A stretch of 64,000 nucleotides of DNA from an uncultured Alphaproteobacteria bacterium (GCA_963708635.1 CAVPTM010000004.1:167445-231444); one strand, 5' to 3'. Shown: positions 25,799-36,618, counted from the stretch's first letter. Program-made: numbers and translations. The notes: generated by a model not told the origin, from the sequence alone.

Positions 25799-26558
25799 TC
25801 AGGTTCGGCTTTCGGTTTGCTCTTTGTCGCGCGCCGGTGGCTTCGCGACCGGCGGCCTCGCGCAGATTGGCGGCCGCGCCCGGCTTCTTGGCGTTCTCGC
25901 CGTGCTCGGCGGTGCCGGCGTGCGGCGGCGGATTTGCCGTTGCTGCTGATAGATCGCGGCGTCGGTCAGCGTCTTCGCGCCGCCGACCGGCGCGGACAGT
26001 TGGCGGTCGATCTGCGGGCCGGGCTTCGGCTTCTTGCCGGCGGCGAACTGATCGAGCAGCTTGTTGAAGCTGTCCGCGGTCAGGTCCTCGTAATAGTCGG
26101 CGTTGATCTGCGCCATCGGCGCGTTGACGCAGGCGCCCAGGCACTCGACCTCGACCCAGGAGAACTTGCCGTCTTTGGTGACGTCGCCCTGCTCGCCGAT
26201 GCGCTTGCGGCAGACTTTCTCGAGATCGTCGGCGCCGCGCAGCCGGCACGGCGTGGTGCCGCAGAGCTGGACGTGGAATTTGCCGACCGGCTCCAGATTG
26301 AACATCGTGTAGAAGGTCGCGACTTCGAGCGCGCGGATATGCGCCATGCCGAGAAAGTCGGCGACGTGGCGGATCGCCGCTTCCGGCAGCCAGCCGCCGG
26401 CCTGCTCCTGCGCGCGCCACAGCAGCGGGATGATCGCCGACTGCTGGCGGCCTTCCGGATATTTGGCGAGCTGGTGCTTGGCCCAATCGAGATTGCTCCG
26501 CGTTGAAGGCGAAGTCCTTCGGCTGCACTTCGGGCGGCGCAAGGCGGCGGACGCTCAT
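25799..26558 (-). CDS. nuoE: NADH-quinone oxidoreductase subunit E
   Basis: [33 protein letters not shown]-terminal extension. Confidence 0.94.
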
Positions 26559-26757
26559 GGCACCTTCCCCGCGAAACTGACTTCGATACGGCCGTTGGTA
26601 GGATCGCCGCCTTCGCGATAGACGGTCAGGTAAAACAGGCGCAGGTCGGAGCCCTTCTGCAACAGCAAGGTGCCGTTCGTATAGGTCACGATCTTGTACC
26701 GGCGGCGATGAGCGCGCTCGGCGTCTTGGCGATGCTTTGTCACCTTCGCCTTTTCAT
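26555..26757 (-). CDS. Small hypothetical protein (~67 aa) between nuoD and nuoE
   Basis: ATG overlaps the nuoD stop (ATGA) and TGA overlaps the nuoE ATG; needs at least one indel near its start; C-term [29 protein letters not shown]. Confidence 0.55.
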
Positions 26758-27946
26758 CGGTCGACCTCCCCGAACACGATGTCGATCGAGCCGAGAATGG
26801 CGGAGACGTCGGCCAGCATGTGGCCGCTGGCAGAGGAAATCCATCGCCTCAAATGCGCGAAGCCGGGCGCGCGGATCTTGCACTTGTAGGGCTTGTTGGT
26901 GCCGTCGGCGACGAGATAGACGCCGAACTCGCCCTTGGGCGCCTCGACCGCGGCATAAACCTCGCCGGCCGGCACGTGATAGCCCTCGGTGTAGAGCTTG
27001 AAGTGATGGATGAGCGCTTCCATCGAGCGCTTCATCTCGCCGCGCTTGGGCGGCACGATCTTGTTGTCGATCGACCGTGACCGGCCCCTGCCCGTCCGGG
27101 CTGCGCAGTTTGTCGCACGCATTGCTTCATGATGCGCACCGACTGGCGCATCTCCTCCATGCGGATGAGATAGCGGTCGAAGCAGTCGCCGTTCTTGCCG
27201 ACCGGAATGTCGAATTCGAGCTCGGAATAGCATTCGTAGGGCTGCGCGCGGCGCAGATCCCAGGCCGCGCCCGAGCCGCGCACCATCACGCCGGAGAAGC
27301 CCCAGTTCCAGGCGTCCTCGAGCTTGACCACGCCGATATCGACGTTGCGCTGCTTGAAGATGCGGTTGCCGGTGAGCAGGCGGTCGAGATCGTCGACCAC
27401 CTTCAGGAACGGATCGCAGAAGGCGCAGATGTCGTCGATCAGCTTCGGCGGCAGGTCCTCGTGCACGCCGCCGGGCCGGAAATAGGCCGCGTGCATGCGG
27501 CTGCCGGAGGCGCGCTCGTAGAACACCATCAGCTTTTCGCGCTCCTCGAAGCCCCAGAGCGGCGGGGTGAGCGCGCCGACGTCCATCGCCTGCGTGGTGA
27601 CGTTGAGCAGATGGGAAACAAGCCGGCCGATCTCGGAATAGAGCACGCGGATCAATTGCGCGCGCCGCGGCACCTTGATGTCGAGCAGCTTCTCGACCGC
27701 CAGGCAGAAGGCGTGCTCCTGATTCATCGGCGCGACGTAATCGAGCCGGTCGAAATACGGCACCGCCTGCAGATAGGTCTTGTCCTCGATCAGCTTCTCG
27801 GTGCCGCGATGCAAGAGGCCGATATGCGGGTCGACGCGCTCGACGATTTCGCCGTCGAGCTCCAGCACCAGGCGCAGCACGCCATGCGCCGCCGGATGCT
27901 GCGGCCCGAAATTGATGGTGAAGTTGCGCAGCGCGGTTTCCGCCAT
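26754..27946 (-). CDS. nuoD: NADH-quinone oxidoreductase subunit D
   Basis: [47 protein letters not shown]. Confidence 0.97.
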
Positions 27947-28381
27947 CAGCTCACCGCCTCCGCGCGCCTTGGCTTTTTCGGCGACCTTGGCGTTGAAGCG
28001 ATCCCAGCGCCACCACGACGCGCTCGTGGCGGCCCTCGCCGATCAGATCGATGCCGTCATGCGCGCTGCACCTTGAACACGAGCTTGCGGCCGCTCGACC
28101 GCGACGCATTCGGCCTCGACGGTGACGGTGAAGCCGAGCGGCGTCGCCGCCAGATGCGAGACGTCGACATGGGTGCCGAGCGAGCCCTCGCCGGCATCGA
28201 GATGCGGCGCCAGCAATTGCGCGCAGGTCCATTCCATCAGCACGATCATGAAGCCGGTGGCGAACACCTTCGGCATGGCCGCGATGATCGGCGATTCCGG
28301 ATAGGTGTAAGGCACCGTCTTGTTCTCCGGCACCATGTAGGAGAACGAATGCTTCAGGCCGGGCTTGAGCGTCGGCTTCAT
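27946..28381 (-). CDS. Hotdog-fold thioesterase, fluoroacetyl-CoA thioesterase (FlK)-like (frameshifted)
   Basis: [52 protein letters not shown]. Confidence 0.85.
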
Positions 28382-29031
28382 GTGACCTTCTTCTCCGGCT
28401 CGCCGGTCAGCTTGTTGCCGGCGCCGGGCGCCACCTTCTCGTCGCCCGGCAGCACGTAATCGGTGCCTTCCCAGGGCGAGAGGAAATCGAAGGTGCGGAA
28501 TTCCTGCGCCAGCCGCACCTTCTCGTATACCACGCGCTTCTGCTCGTCGTCGTAGCGCACCTCGACGAAGCCGGTGAGCGGGAAGTCCTTGCGCAGCGGA
28601 TGGCCCTCGAAGCCGTAGTCGGTGAGGATGCGCCGCATGTCGGGATGGCCGGTGAACAGCACGCCGTAGAGATCGTAGGTCTCGCGCTCGAACCAGTCGG
28701 CGCCGCGATAGACCTCGATCAGCGAGGGCACCGGCGTCGCCTCGTCGGTCATGACCTTGACGCGCACGCGCTGGTTCAGGCGCGGCGACAGGAAATGATA
28801 GACCACGTCGAAACGCTGCTCGCGCGCCGGGCCAGTCGACCGCGGTGACGTCGATGATGCAGGAGAACTGGCAGGGCGTGGCGTCGCGCAGAAAAGTCGC
28901 GACCTTGACGATGTCGGCGGCCTTGGCCTGCACGGTCAGCTCGCCGCGCACGACGGCGATGCCGGTGACCGAGCCGGCCAGCGCGTTGGCGATGGTCTGG
29001 CCCAAGCGTTTCGAGCCGCTCGATCGTCCAT
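28378..29031 (-). CDS. nuoC: NADH-quinone oxidoreductase subunit C
   Basis: [33 protein letters not shown]. Confidence 0.95.
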
Positions 29032-29041
29032 GCGGTCCGTC

Positions 29042-29620
29042 CTAGCGCTCGATCGTGCCGGTGCGGCGGATCTTCTTCTGCAGCAGCATCACGCCGTAGA
29101 GCAGCGCCTCCGCGGTCGGCGGGCAGCCGGGCACGTAGATGTCGACCGGCACGATGCGGTCGCAGCCGCGCACCACCGAATAAGAATAATGATAATAGCC
29201 GCCGCCGTTGGCGCACGAGCCCATCGAGATGACGTAGCGCGGCTCCGGCATCTGGTCGTAGACCTTGCGCAGCGCCGGCGCCATCTTGTTGGTCAGCGTG
29301 CCGGCGACGATCATCACGTCGGACTGCCGGGGCGAGGCGCGCGGCGCAAAGCCGAAGCGCTCGGCGTCGTAGCGCGGCATCGACATCTGCATCATCTCGA
29401 CCGCGCAGCAGGCGAGACCGAACGTCATCCACATCAGCGAGCCGGTGCGCGCCCAGGTGACCAGATCGTCGCTGGCGGCGACCAGGAAGCCCTTGTCGGA
29501 CAGTTCGCGGTTGACGTCCGTTGAAAAAGGCGTCGTCCGCGCCGGCCGGCCGGCCGCTGCGCGGGTCGATGATGCCCTTCGGGGCGGGTGCCACGAGCGT
29601 CATGGAACGATCAATCCCAT
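29042..29620 (-). CDS. nuoB: NADH-quinone oxidoreductase subunit B (start 29620 or 29603)
   Basis: [32 protein letters not shown]. Confidence 0.96.
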
Positions 29621-29976
29621 TCCAGCGCCCCCTTCCGCCACTCATATATGAAGCCGACGGTCAGGACGCCAAGGAACACCATCATCGACCAGAAGCCGAA
29701 GACGCCGACCTCGCGGAACGCCACCGCCCAGGGGAACAGGAAGCTCACTTCCAGGTCGAAAATGATGAACAGAATGGCGACCAGGTAGAAGCGCACGTCG
29801 AATTTCATGCGCGCGTCGTCGAAGGCGTTGAACCCGCACTCATAGGCGGACAGCTTCTCGGGGTCGGGCTGCCGGTAGGCGACGAGGAAGGGCGCGATCA
29901 GCAGCGCAAGCCCGATGACCAGCGCGACCGCGATGAAGATGACCAGGGGCAGGTAGTCCTGCAGCAATGCGCTCAT
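29611..29976 (-). CDS. nuoA: NADH-quinone oxidoreductase subunit A
   Basis: [34 protein letters not shown]. Confidence 0.97.
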   Translation of the reverse strand: MSALLQDYLPLVIFIAVALVIGLALLIAPFLVAYRQPDPEKLSAYECGFNAFDDARMKFDVRFYLVAILFIIFDLEVSFLFPWAVAFREVGVFGFWSMMVFLGVLTVGFIYEWRKGALEWD

Positions 29977-30133
29977 GGCGACCTTTGGCGATCTCTTGGT
30001 GACCTCGGTTCGTCTCCGCCCGTTCCGGAAAGACGCCCGCCCCGGACTCCTCGGACGCCCGGCGAGACGCCGTCGCCCCGCCAAAAAAGCCTTTGCCGTT
30101 GCTGGTTTAGCCGCGGGGACGGGAGCGGTTCGA

Positions 30134-30162
30134 GGCTTAGCGCAGCGTCCAAAGGGGTGCAA
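30134..30162 (-). promoter_or_regulatory. Putative nuo operon promoter TTGCAC-N17-TAAGCC
   Basis: Hexamers with 17-bp spacer about 160 nt upstream of nuoA. Confidence 0.5.
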
Positions 30163-30263
30163 GCCGCCATTGGGGCGCATCCACGAGCGCGTTACGGCCG
30201 CAATTGACGCGGTTTGCCCTCCCCTCGATAGTTCCGCCGGCGACGCCCGGGGAAGGATCGGCC

Positions 30264-31241
30264 ATGACGATTTTGCGACGACGAGACGCCCTCATTTTGC
30301 TGGCGGCGGTGGCGGCGGCGCCGCGCGCGATTGCCGCCGAGGACTATCCGAGCCGGCCGGTGCGGATCATTGCACCGTTCGGCGCCGGCGGGCCGACCGA
30401 CGTTTTCAGCCGCATCGTCGCCGACGAGTTGCAAAGGGCGCTGCACCAGGCCTTTGTGATCGAGAATCGCCCCGGCGCCGGCACCACCATCGGCACCGAC
30501 GTGGTCGCGCATTCGGCACCCGACGGCTACACGCTGCTGATGGTCTCGGCCACGCAATGCGTCAACGAAACGCTGTTTCCGCACAAACACTACAAATTGA
30601 TGCAAGATCTGGCGGCGGTGGCGCCGCTGATCGACAGCGACCTGGTGCTGGTCGTCCACCCCTCGGTGCCGGTGAAGACCCTGGCCGAACTCCTGGCGCT
30701 GGCGCGCGCCAAGCCCGGCACGCTCAATTACGGCTCCTCCGGCCCCGGCTCGAATTATCATATGGCGGCCGAGCTGCTGCGCCACCTGACCGGCATCAAC
30801 ATCGTGCACGTGCCCTACAAGGGCTCGACCGGCGCCCGCAACGACATCATCAGCGGCAACATTCAGCTGCTGTTCGATTCGGTGCCGACCATGGCGCCGC
30901 TGATCAAGGCCGGCATGGTGCGCGCGCTCGGCACCAGCGGCAAAACGCGCTCGCCGATTTTGCCCGAGGTGCCGACGATTGCCGAAGCCGGCGTGCCCGG
31001 CTTCCAGGCCAGCCTCTGGGTCGGCTTCATGGTGCCCGCCGCCACGCCGCAGCCGGTGGTCGACAAGCTCAATGCCGAGATCGCAAAAATCCTGTCGCGG
31101 CCCGACATCAAGGAGGCGTGGGAGAAGCAAGGCGCGACGCCGGTGGTGATGCCGCCGGCCGAGTTCAAGAAGTTCATGGACGCCGAAGTGGTCAAATGGG
31201 CCGGCATCATCCAGGCCAACCACATCAAGCCGATCAATTAG
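30264..31241 (+). CDS. Bug/TctC tripartite tricarboxylate transporter substrate-binding protein
   Basis: RRD signal, [32 protein letters not shown]. Confidence 0.92.
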   Translation: MTILRRRDALILLAAVAAAPRAIAAEDYPSRPVRIIAPFGAGGPTDVFSRIVADELQRALHQAFVIENRPGAGTTIGTDVVAHSAPDGYTLLMVSATQCVNETLFPHKHYKLMQDLAAVAPLIDSDLVLVVHPSVPVKTLAELLALARAKPGTLNYGSSGPGSNYHMAAELLRHLTGINIVHVPYKGSTGARNDIISGNIQLLFDSVPTMAPLIKAGMVRALGTSGKTRSPILPEVPTIAEAGVPGFQASLWVGFMVPAATPQPVVDKLNAEIAKILSRPDIKEAWEKQGATPVVMPPAEFKKFMDAEVVKWAGIIQANHIKPIN

Positions 31242-31243
31242 CT

Positions 31244-32549
31244 TCAGCCCTTGGCGACCGCGATCTCGAGCGGGAAGTCGTCGACCACCTCGTGCCCGCT
31301 GTCGGTGACGATGAAGGTGTGGCCGAGGAAAATGCCGAACAGGCCGTCCGGCGTGATCGGATTGGGCTCCGCCATGATCACCATGCCGGGCTTTAAGCAC
31401 CTCCTCGAATTTCTCGGCCGCGACGTGCTCGGCGACGACGTGCGGCTTGTCGGTGACGAGGTCGATGCCGTGACATTGCGTCGGCCGCGATTGGTAGCCG
31501 TTGTCGCGGAAGAATTTGCTGGCCGTGCGCATGGCTTCGACCGGTTTGCCGGGCGCGATCTCGGCGACGATGCGCCGGTAACCGGGCAGCGTGATCTCGT
31601 TCCAGAACTTCTTCACCATCTCGGTCGGCTCGCCGAGGCAGATCGGTGAGCCGATCTGCGCGGTGTAGCCGCGATAGCCGGCGGCCAGCTCCATGTTGAC
31701 GATGTCGCCCTTTTGCAGCACGCGCGCCGAGGGGCGCGGGTTGCCGAAAACCATCGCCGGATTGTCCATCGGCGTCGAACCGATGATCAGGAAGTCGATG
31801 TCGCCGCCGCCCTCGAGGATGGCGGCGCCGGCCGCCGCGCGCAGTTCGTATTCTTTCACGCCGGGCCGCGCGCGGGCCACCATGGCGTCCATGGCGTTCT
31901 TGCACAGCACGCCCGCCTTGCGGATGCAGTCGAGCTCCTCGGCGCTGTGGATCGACAGCAGTTCGTGCAAAAAGCCCTTGGTGAAGACGAGCTCCGCGTC
32001 GGGAAGATTTTCGCGCAGCACGTTGTACTGATTGACCGGCAGGTAGTCGCCGTGGCGCGGGTCGATCTCCATCAGCCCGATGCGGCCGCGCTCGAGTTTG
32101 AGCTCGCGCAGGCGCTCGACCATGATGTCGGCATAGCGGCCGTTGCGGCTATGGCGGACGTCTTGCACGGCGACCGCGACCTGGCGGCGCACGGCCTCGG
32201 CATGCGTGCCGCCCATCGAATAGATCAGCGTCGGCTCGCCCTCGCGCGGCACCAGCACGTAGCTCGCCAGCGCATGCCATTCCCAATGCCCGGTCAGCCA
32301 CAACATGCCGCCGCCGAAACTCCAATGGCTCGGGCCGCCGGGAACGATCACGGCGTCGAGTTTGTGCTCGGCCATTTTCGCGCGCAGCGCGCGATAGCGG
32401 CGCTCGTATTCGGCCTTGGAGAACTGCTCCCAGACGGCGTCGCGATAGTAAGGCGTGTCGCGCATATTGGCGAACGGCAGCGACTGGTCGAGCTTGGTGC
32501 GCACGGCGTCCCACGGCTGCGGGCCGATGCGCGGCGGAATGATCGTCAC
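31244..32549 (-). CDS. M24 (creatinase/prolidase-fold) enzyme (one frameshift near 31395)
   Basis: Creatinase_N-like FSKAEYERRY; HSAEELDCIRKAG, RPGVKEYEL, CHGIDL, PGMVIMAEPN. Confidence 0.85.
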
Positions 32550-32594
32550 GGGTTGAGCTTTCCTTGTCGTCTTTAAAGGTCGCGCGCTGGCGGT

Positions 32595-33587
32595 CTAGTC
32601 GACGGCCTCGATATGGGCTTGCTTGGCGAGCTCGGTCGTCGCCGCCAGATCGTCCATGAAGAATTGGTGGAATTCTTCCACGCTCATCTGCGACGGCTCG
32701 ACGCCAAGTTTCGCCAGTTTTTCGCGCAGCGCCGGAAGTTTGAGCGCCTCGACGGTCGCGTCGTGCAGCTTTTTCACGACCTCCGGCGGCGTCTTGGCCG
32801 GCGCGGACAGCCCGTTCCAGAAGCGGAACACGGCATTGGGCAGGCCGGCTTCGACCACCGAAGGCACATCGGGCAGCAGCGGCACGCGCGCCGGCGAACT
32901 CACGGCCAGGATCGTGAGCTTGTCGCTGTGGAGCGCGGAAGCGGCCGCCGCCAACGGAATGAAATAGAAGTCGATGCGTCCCGCCATCACTTCGAGCAGC
33001 CCGCCTTCGCGGAACGGCACGTGGCGCACATCGATGTTGGCGGCGAGCCGGAATCGTTCGGCCGCCATGTGCGAGGAGGAGCCGATGCCGGCCGAGGCAA
33101 AGGTCAGCGTCCCGGGCTTGGCCTTGGCGGCGGCGACGAGATCGGCCACCGTCTTGAAGCCGCTTTGTTTGGAAGCGACCAGAATGTTCGGCGAGGTGCC
33201 GATCAGCACCACCGGAATGAAATCGCGCACCGGATCGTAGGGCAGCTTCCGGTGCAACACGCGTTCGGTGGCCATCGACGAGGAGCTTGTCACCAGCGTG
33301 TAGCCGTCGGGCGCAGCCTTGGCGACCGCGCCGAAGCCGACGCTGCCGCCGGCGCCCGGCCGCACCTCGATGATCACCGGCTGGCCGATGAGTTGCGAGA
33401 CCTGGTCGAGCACGACGCGGCTGACGGTGTCGGACGCGCTGCCGGCCGGGTATGGGCTGATGACGCGGATCGGCCGCGTCGGCCATTGCTGCGCATTCGC
33501 CGACGTCGCCGCCGTAATGAGGAGCGCCGCCACGGCGGCGCGGCAGAGCGCCCGCACGGGCGACAGCATCTTAGGCGAAGCAAACAT
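32595..33587 (-). CDS. Bug/TctC substrate-binding protein
   Basis: WPTRPIRVISPYPAGSASD, RPGAGG, PDGYTL, HVPFR. Confidence 0.92.
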   Translation of the reverse strand: MFASPKMLSPVRALCRAAVAALLITAATSANAQQWPTRPIRVISPYPAGSASDTVSRVVLDQVSQLIGQPVIIEVRPGAGGSVGFGAVAKAAPDGYTLVTSSSSMATERVLHRKLPYDPVRDFIPVVLIGTSPNILVASKQSGFKTVADLVAAAKAKPGTLTFASAGIGSSSHMAAERFRLAANIDVRHVPFREGGLLEVMAGRIDFYFIPLAAAASALHSDKLTILAVSSPARVPLLPDVPSVVEAGLPNAVFRFWNGLSAPAKTPPEVVKKLHDATVEALKLPALREKLAKLGVEPSQMSVEEFHQFFMDDLAATTELAKQAHIEAVD

Positions 33588-33756
33588 AGTAGCCCCCGGT
33601 CATCGCGGCATACCCGGATAGCCTTGCAGACATTGCCGCCGCCGACAAGTTGCCGAAAACCATGACCGGATTCCGCTTTTCGCATGGACGCGCGGCGGAA
33701 GTTTTCGGATAAGATCGCCCGCCGAAAAACGCAGGTCGGACCGCAACGGGTGCACG

Positions 33757-34680
33757 ATGAACGAAATGGCCAAGGTCGCCGTCAAAGGCGAGGAACACTG
33801 GACCACCAAGGACGGCGGCGTGAAGCTGTTCCTGTGGGAGAAATGCGCCGGCGACCCGGGCAAAAGCATCGGCACCATTTTGTTCGTGCACGGCTCCTCG
33901 ATGGCGGCGCAGCCGACGTTCGACCTGCAGGTGCCGGGGCGGCCGGATTCCTCGGCCATGGACTGGTTCGCCGGCCGCGGTTTCGACTGCTGGTCGGTCG
34001 ACATGGAGGGCTACGGCCGCTCGACCAAGGACCGCGACAACAACGCGCCGATCGCGCAAGGCGCCGACGACTGCACTGCCGCCGCGCTCTATATCCAGAA
34101 GCTGCGGGGCAAGCGCCCTCTCCTCACCTACGGCATCTCGTCGGGCGCGCTGCGCGCAGCGCTGTTCGCCGAGCGCCATCCCGAGCTGGTGGCGCGCTTA
34201 GCGCTCGACGCCATGGTGTGGACCGGCGAAGGCTCGCCGACGCTCGAGCAGCGGCGCAAGCGGCTGCCCGAATTCATGGCCAAGAACCGGCGGCCGATCG
34301 ACAAGGCCTTCATCCATTCGATCTTCGACCGCGACCATCCCGGCACCGCCGAGGAGGCCGTGATCGAGGCCTTCGCCGACGCGGTGGTCGCGCTCGACAC
34401 CTCGGTGCCGACCGGCACCTATGTCGACATGTGCGCGCATTTGCCGGTGGTGAACCCGGAGAAGATCACGGTGCCGACGCTGATCATGCGCGGGCAATGG
34501 GACGGCATCGCTTCGATCGAGGACCTGATCAAGTTCTTCGAGAAGCTGCCCAACCCGGACAAGCAGTTCGCCGTGATGCCCGGCATCTCGCACGCGAGCT
34601 TCCAGCAGAAGAACTACCGGCTGGTCTATCACATCCTGTGGAGCTTCTTCACGCAGCCGGCGCCGGTGTATCGGGGCTAG
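33757..34680 (+). CDS. Alpha/beta hydrolase
   Basis: FVHGSS, DMEGYGRS, nucleophile GISSG, RGQWD, GISH. Confidence 0.88.
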   Translation: MNEMAKVAVKGEEHWTTKDGGVKLFLWEKCAGDPGKSIGTILFVHGSSMAAQPTFDLQVPGRPDSSAMDWFAGRGFDCWSVDMEGYGRSTKDRDNNAPIAQGADDCTAAALYIQKLRGKRPLLTYGISSGALRAALFAERHPELVARLALDAMVWTGEGSPTLEQRRKRLPEFMAKNRRPIDKAFIHSIFDRDHPGTAEEAVIEAFADAVVALDTSVPTGTYVDMCAHLPVVNPEKITVPTLIMRGQWDGIASIEDLIKFFEKLPNPDKQFAVMPGISHASFQQKNYRLVYHILWSFFTQPAPVYRG

Positions 34681-34757
34681 GTCGTCGGGCAACGGGACCA
34701 TACTCCATAGTCTATCGTGAGGGCACGGCGTATGGGTCCCGCCTTCGCGGGACGACA
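34681..34757. repeat. Degenerate REP-like palindrome between convergent genes
   Basis: GTCGTC..GGGACCATAC...GTATGGGTCCC..GACGAC. Confidence 0.6.
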
Positions 34758-34761
34758 GTCA

Positions 34762-35489
34762 TTAGCCTCCGAGCTGTCGGCGAGCTCCGCCAAATCCTTG
34801 GCGGCGTAATCGACCGGCACCGTCGGCTTCGGCTCGCCGGTGTTGGGGCCGTATTCGTCGACGCGCGCGGTGTGCGCGGTGCGCAGGCCGCATTGCGCGG
34901 CGGCGGCGAGATCGCTCGAGTGCGCGGCCACCATCATGCATTGCGCGGGCGCCAGATCGAGCGCTTCGCAGGCGGCGAGATAGACGCGCGGCTTCGGCTT
35001 GTAGTCGCCGGCGATCTCGGCGCCGAGGATGGCGTCCCAGGGAAATTCGTTGCGGCGCGCGAGATCGACCATCAGCGAAATATTGCCGTTCGACACCGGC
35101 GCCAGCCTGAACGCGCGCTTGAGCCGCGCGAGCGCCGCCGGCACGTCCGGCCAGGCATCGAGCCGGTGCCAGACCAGCGTCAGATCGGCGAGAACTTCGT
35201 CGGACAAATTCTGCAAATCGAAACGCGGCAGCAGCCGCTCGAGATTGCGCCGGTGCAGCACGTCGAGCTTGGAGAACGGGATGCGGCCGGAGCGCACCTC
35301 CTCCATGCCGGGCTGGTATTCGCCCCGCCAGGCGTCGGCGAAGGCGACCCAGTCGAGCCGGTAGCCGAGCGGCTCCAGGATGCGTTCGGCCTCGCGCGCA
35401 ATCGACGTGCGCCAGTCGACCAGGGTTCCGAACACGTCGAAGAACAGCGCCTGGACCGGTGGATCGGAGGGGCTCAAAGCGCGCTCCAT
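34762..35489 (-). CDS. Haloacid dehalogenase type II (HAD family)
   Basis: FFDVFGTLVDW, SNGN, YKP, MVAAHSSDL; true stop probably TAA at ~34762 after an indel (ORF track runs to 34677). Confidence 0.88.
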
Positions 35490-35546
35490 GGCCTCCCGGC
35501 GACGCCGGAAGCGAGCGCCCGAACCGGGGCTAAGTCATTGATAAAA

Positions 35547-35623
35547 TGGCGGGAGCGACGGGACTCGAACCCGCGGCCTCTGCCGTGACAGGGCAGCGCT
35601 CTAACCAACTGAGCTACGCCCCC
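35547..35623 (-). tRNA. tRNA-Asp (GTC)
   Basis: GGGGGCGTAGCTCAGTTGGTTAGAGC...CTGTCAC...GGTTCGAGTCCC...GCCA, 77 nt. Confidence 0.97.
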
Positions 35624-35810
35624 GCGGGCGTTCGCAGGAGTTATAGACCGCTAAATCTCAAGTCAAGGTAAAGCGGCCCGCCGTCAGGAAATTGCGAAAA
35701 AGCCTTATTTATCGGCAGGAATCGATGGTCAGAAGCCCCCCGAATCGTCTATTCGGGCGGATGGGATTGGCGTGAGGCCAGCCCAGCGGATTCAAAAGGA
35801 GGGTCCCACC

Positions 35811-36119
35811 ATGGCAACAGCTCCTGTAAAGGCTCCGACGCCGCCAACCGTGACGCTGAAGCATCTTGCCGCGGCGCTCGCGGAAGCCCACGAAATGTCG
35901 AAGAAACAAGCGGAGACCGTGCTCGGCGATCTGGTCGACAACATCGTCAAGCATTTGAAGAAAGGCGAGCGCATCCGCATCGGCGGCCTCGGCATCCTTC
36001 AGGTTCGCAAGCGCGCCGCGCGCATGGGCCGCAACCCCGCCACCGGCGAAGCGATCCAGATCAAGGCGAGCAAGAAGGTCGCCTTCCGCGCGTCCAAGGA
36101 TTTGAAAGAAGCGATCTGA
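35811..36119 (+). CDS. HU family DNA-binding protein
   Basis: IRIGGLGILQVRKRAARMGRNPATGE...VAFRASK; GGAGG RBS. Confidence 0.93.
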   Translation: MATAPVKAPTPPTVTLKHLAAALAEAHEMSKKQAETVLGDLVDNIVKHLKKGERIRIGGLGILQVRKRAARMGRNPATGEAIQIKASKKVAFRASKDLKEAI

Positions 36120-36147
36120 GCTAAGTTCTAGCCGGACCCTCCGGGGG

Positions 36148-36193
36148 CAAAACGGCGGGCGAGGAGCGCAAGCTCCGCGCCTGCCGTTTTTTT
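36148..36193 (+). terminator. Intrinsic (possibly bidirectional) terminator after HU
   Basis: AAAACGGCGGGCG...CGCCTGCCG followed by T7. Confidence 0.75.
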
Positions 36194-36209
36194 GTTACGT
36201 TGGATGGCT

Positions 36210-36316
36210 CGCCCGCCTCCGCTGCGTTGCAGCTCCGGCGCGGCAGCCTTCGCTCCTTCGCCCGAGAACCTACTGCGCTGGCTTGCCAAGCCGTAGCTCG
36301 CGCAGCGAGCGGAGGC
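36210..36316. repeat. tRNA-3'-associated palindromic repeat element
   Basis: Paired units GCCTCCGCT..GCAGCCTTCGC and GGCTTGCCAAGCCGTAGCTCGCG..AGCGGAGGC abutting the tRNA-Val CCA. Confidence 0.6.
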
Positions 36317-36392
36317 TGGTGGGCGGTGACGGACTCGAACCGCCGACATCCTGCGTGTAAAGCAGGCGCTCTACCAACTGAGCTAACCGCCC
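36317..36392 (-). tRNA. tRNA-Val (TAC)
   Basis: GGGCGGTTAGCTCAGTTGGTAGAGC...TTTACAC...GGTTCGAGTCC...ACCA, 76 nt. Confidence 0.97.
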
Positions 36393-36618
36393 GCCGCCAT
36401 CCCTTAGCCCCGCTGATGGCCGTCAAGCAAGCGCTCGGCCGTTACAAGCGCTTGGCCGTTACTGGCCGCCGCCGCCAGGCAAGCGCGCGCGAGCCGGCAC
36501 GCATGCGCATGCCCGCTCGCGCTTGATGGCGCAGACGATTGCGATCTTCGTCGTGGGCTTTATCTCGCCCCCCGCGGCCCGCATCTTTGACGCCGGCGAG
36601 CCTTGGCGCGTCTTAACG

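Noticed and set aside
27946..35489. FlK-like thioesterase plus HAD dehalogenase as a fluoroacetate-detox system
   Set aside because: They are in different transcription units, both families are widespread, and the lid residues argue against fluoro-specificity
35490..36450. Prophage or integrative element at tRNA-Asp/tRNA-Val
   Set aside because: No integrase, phage genes or duplicated tRNA 3' end seen in the window
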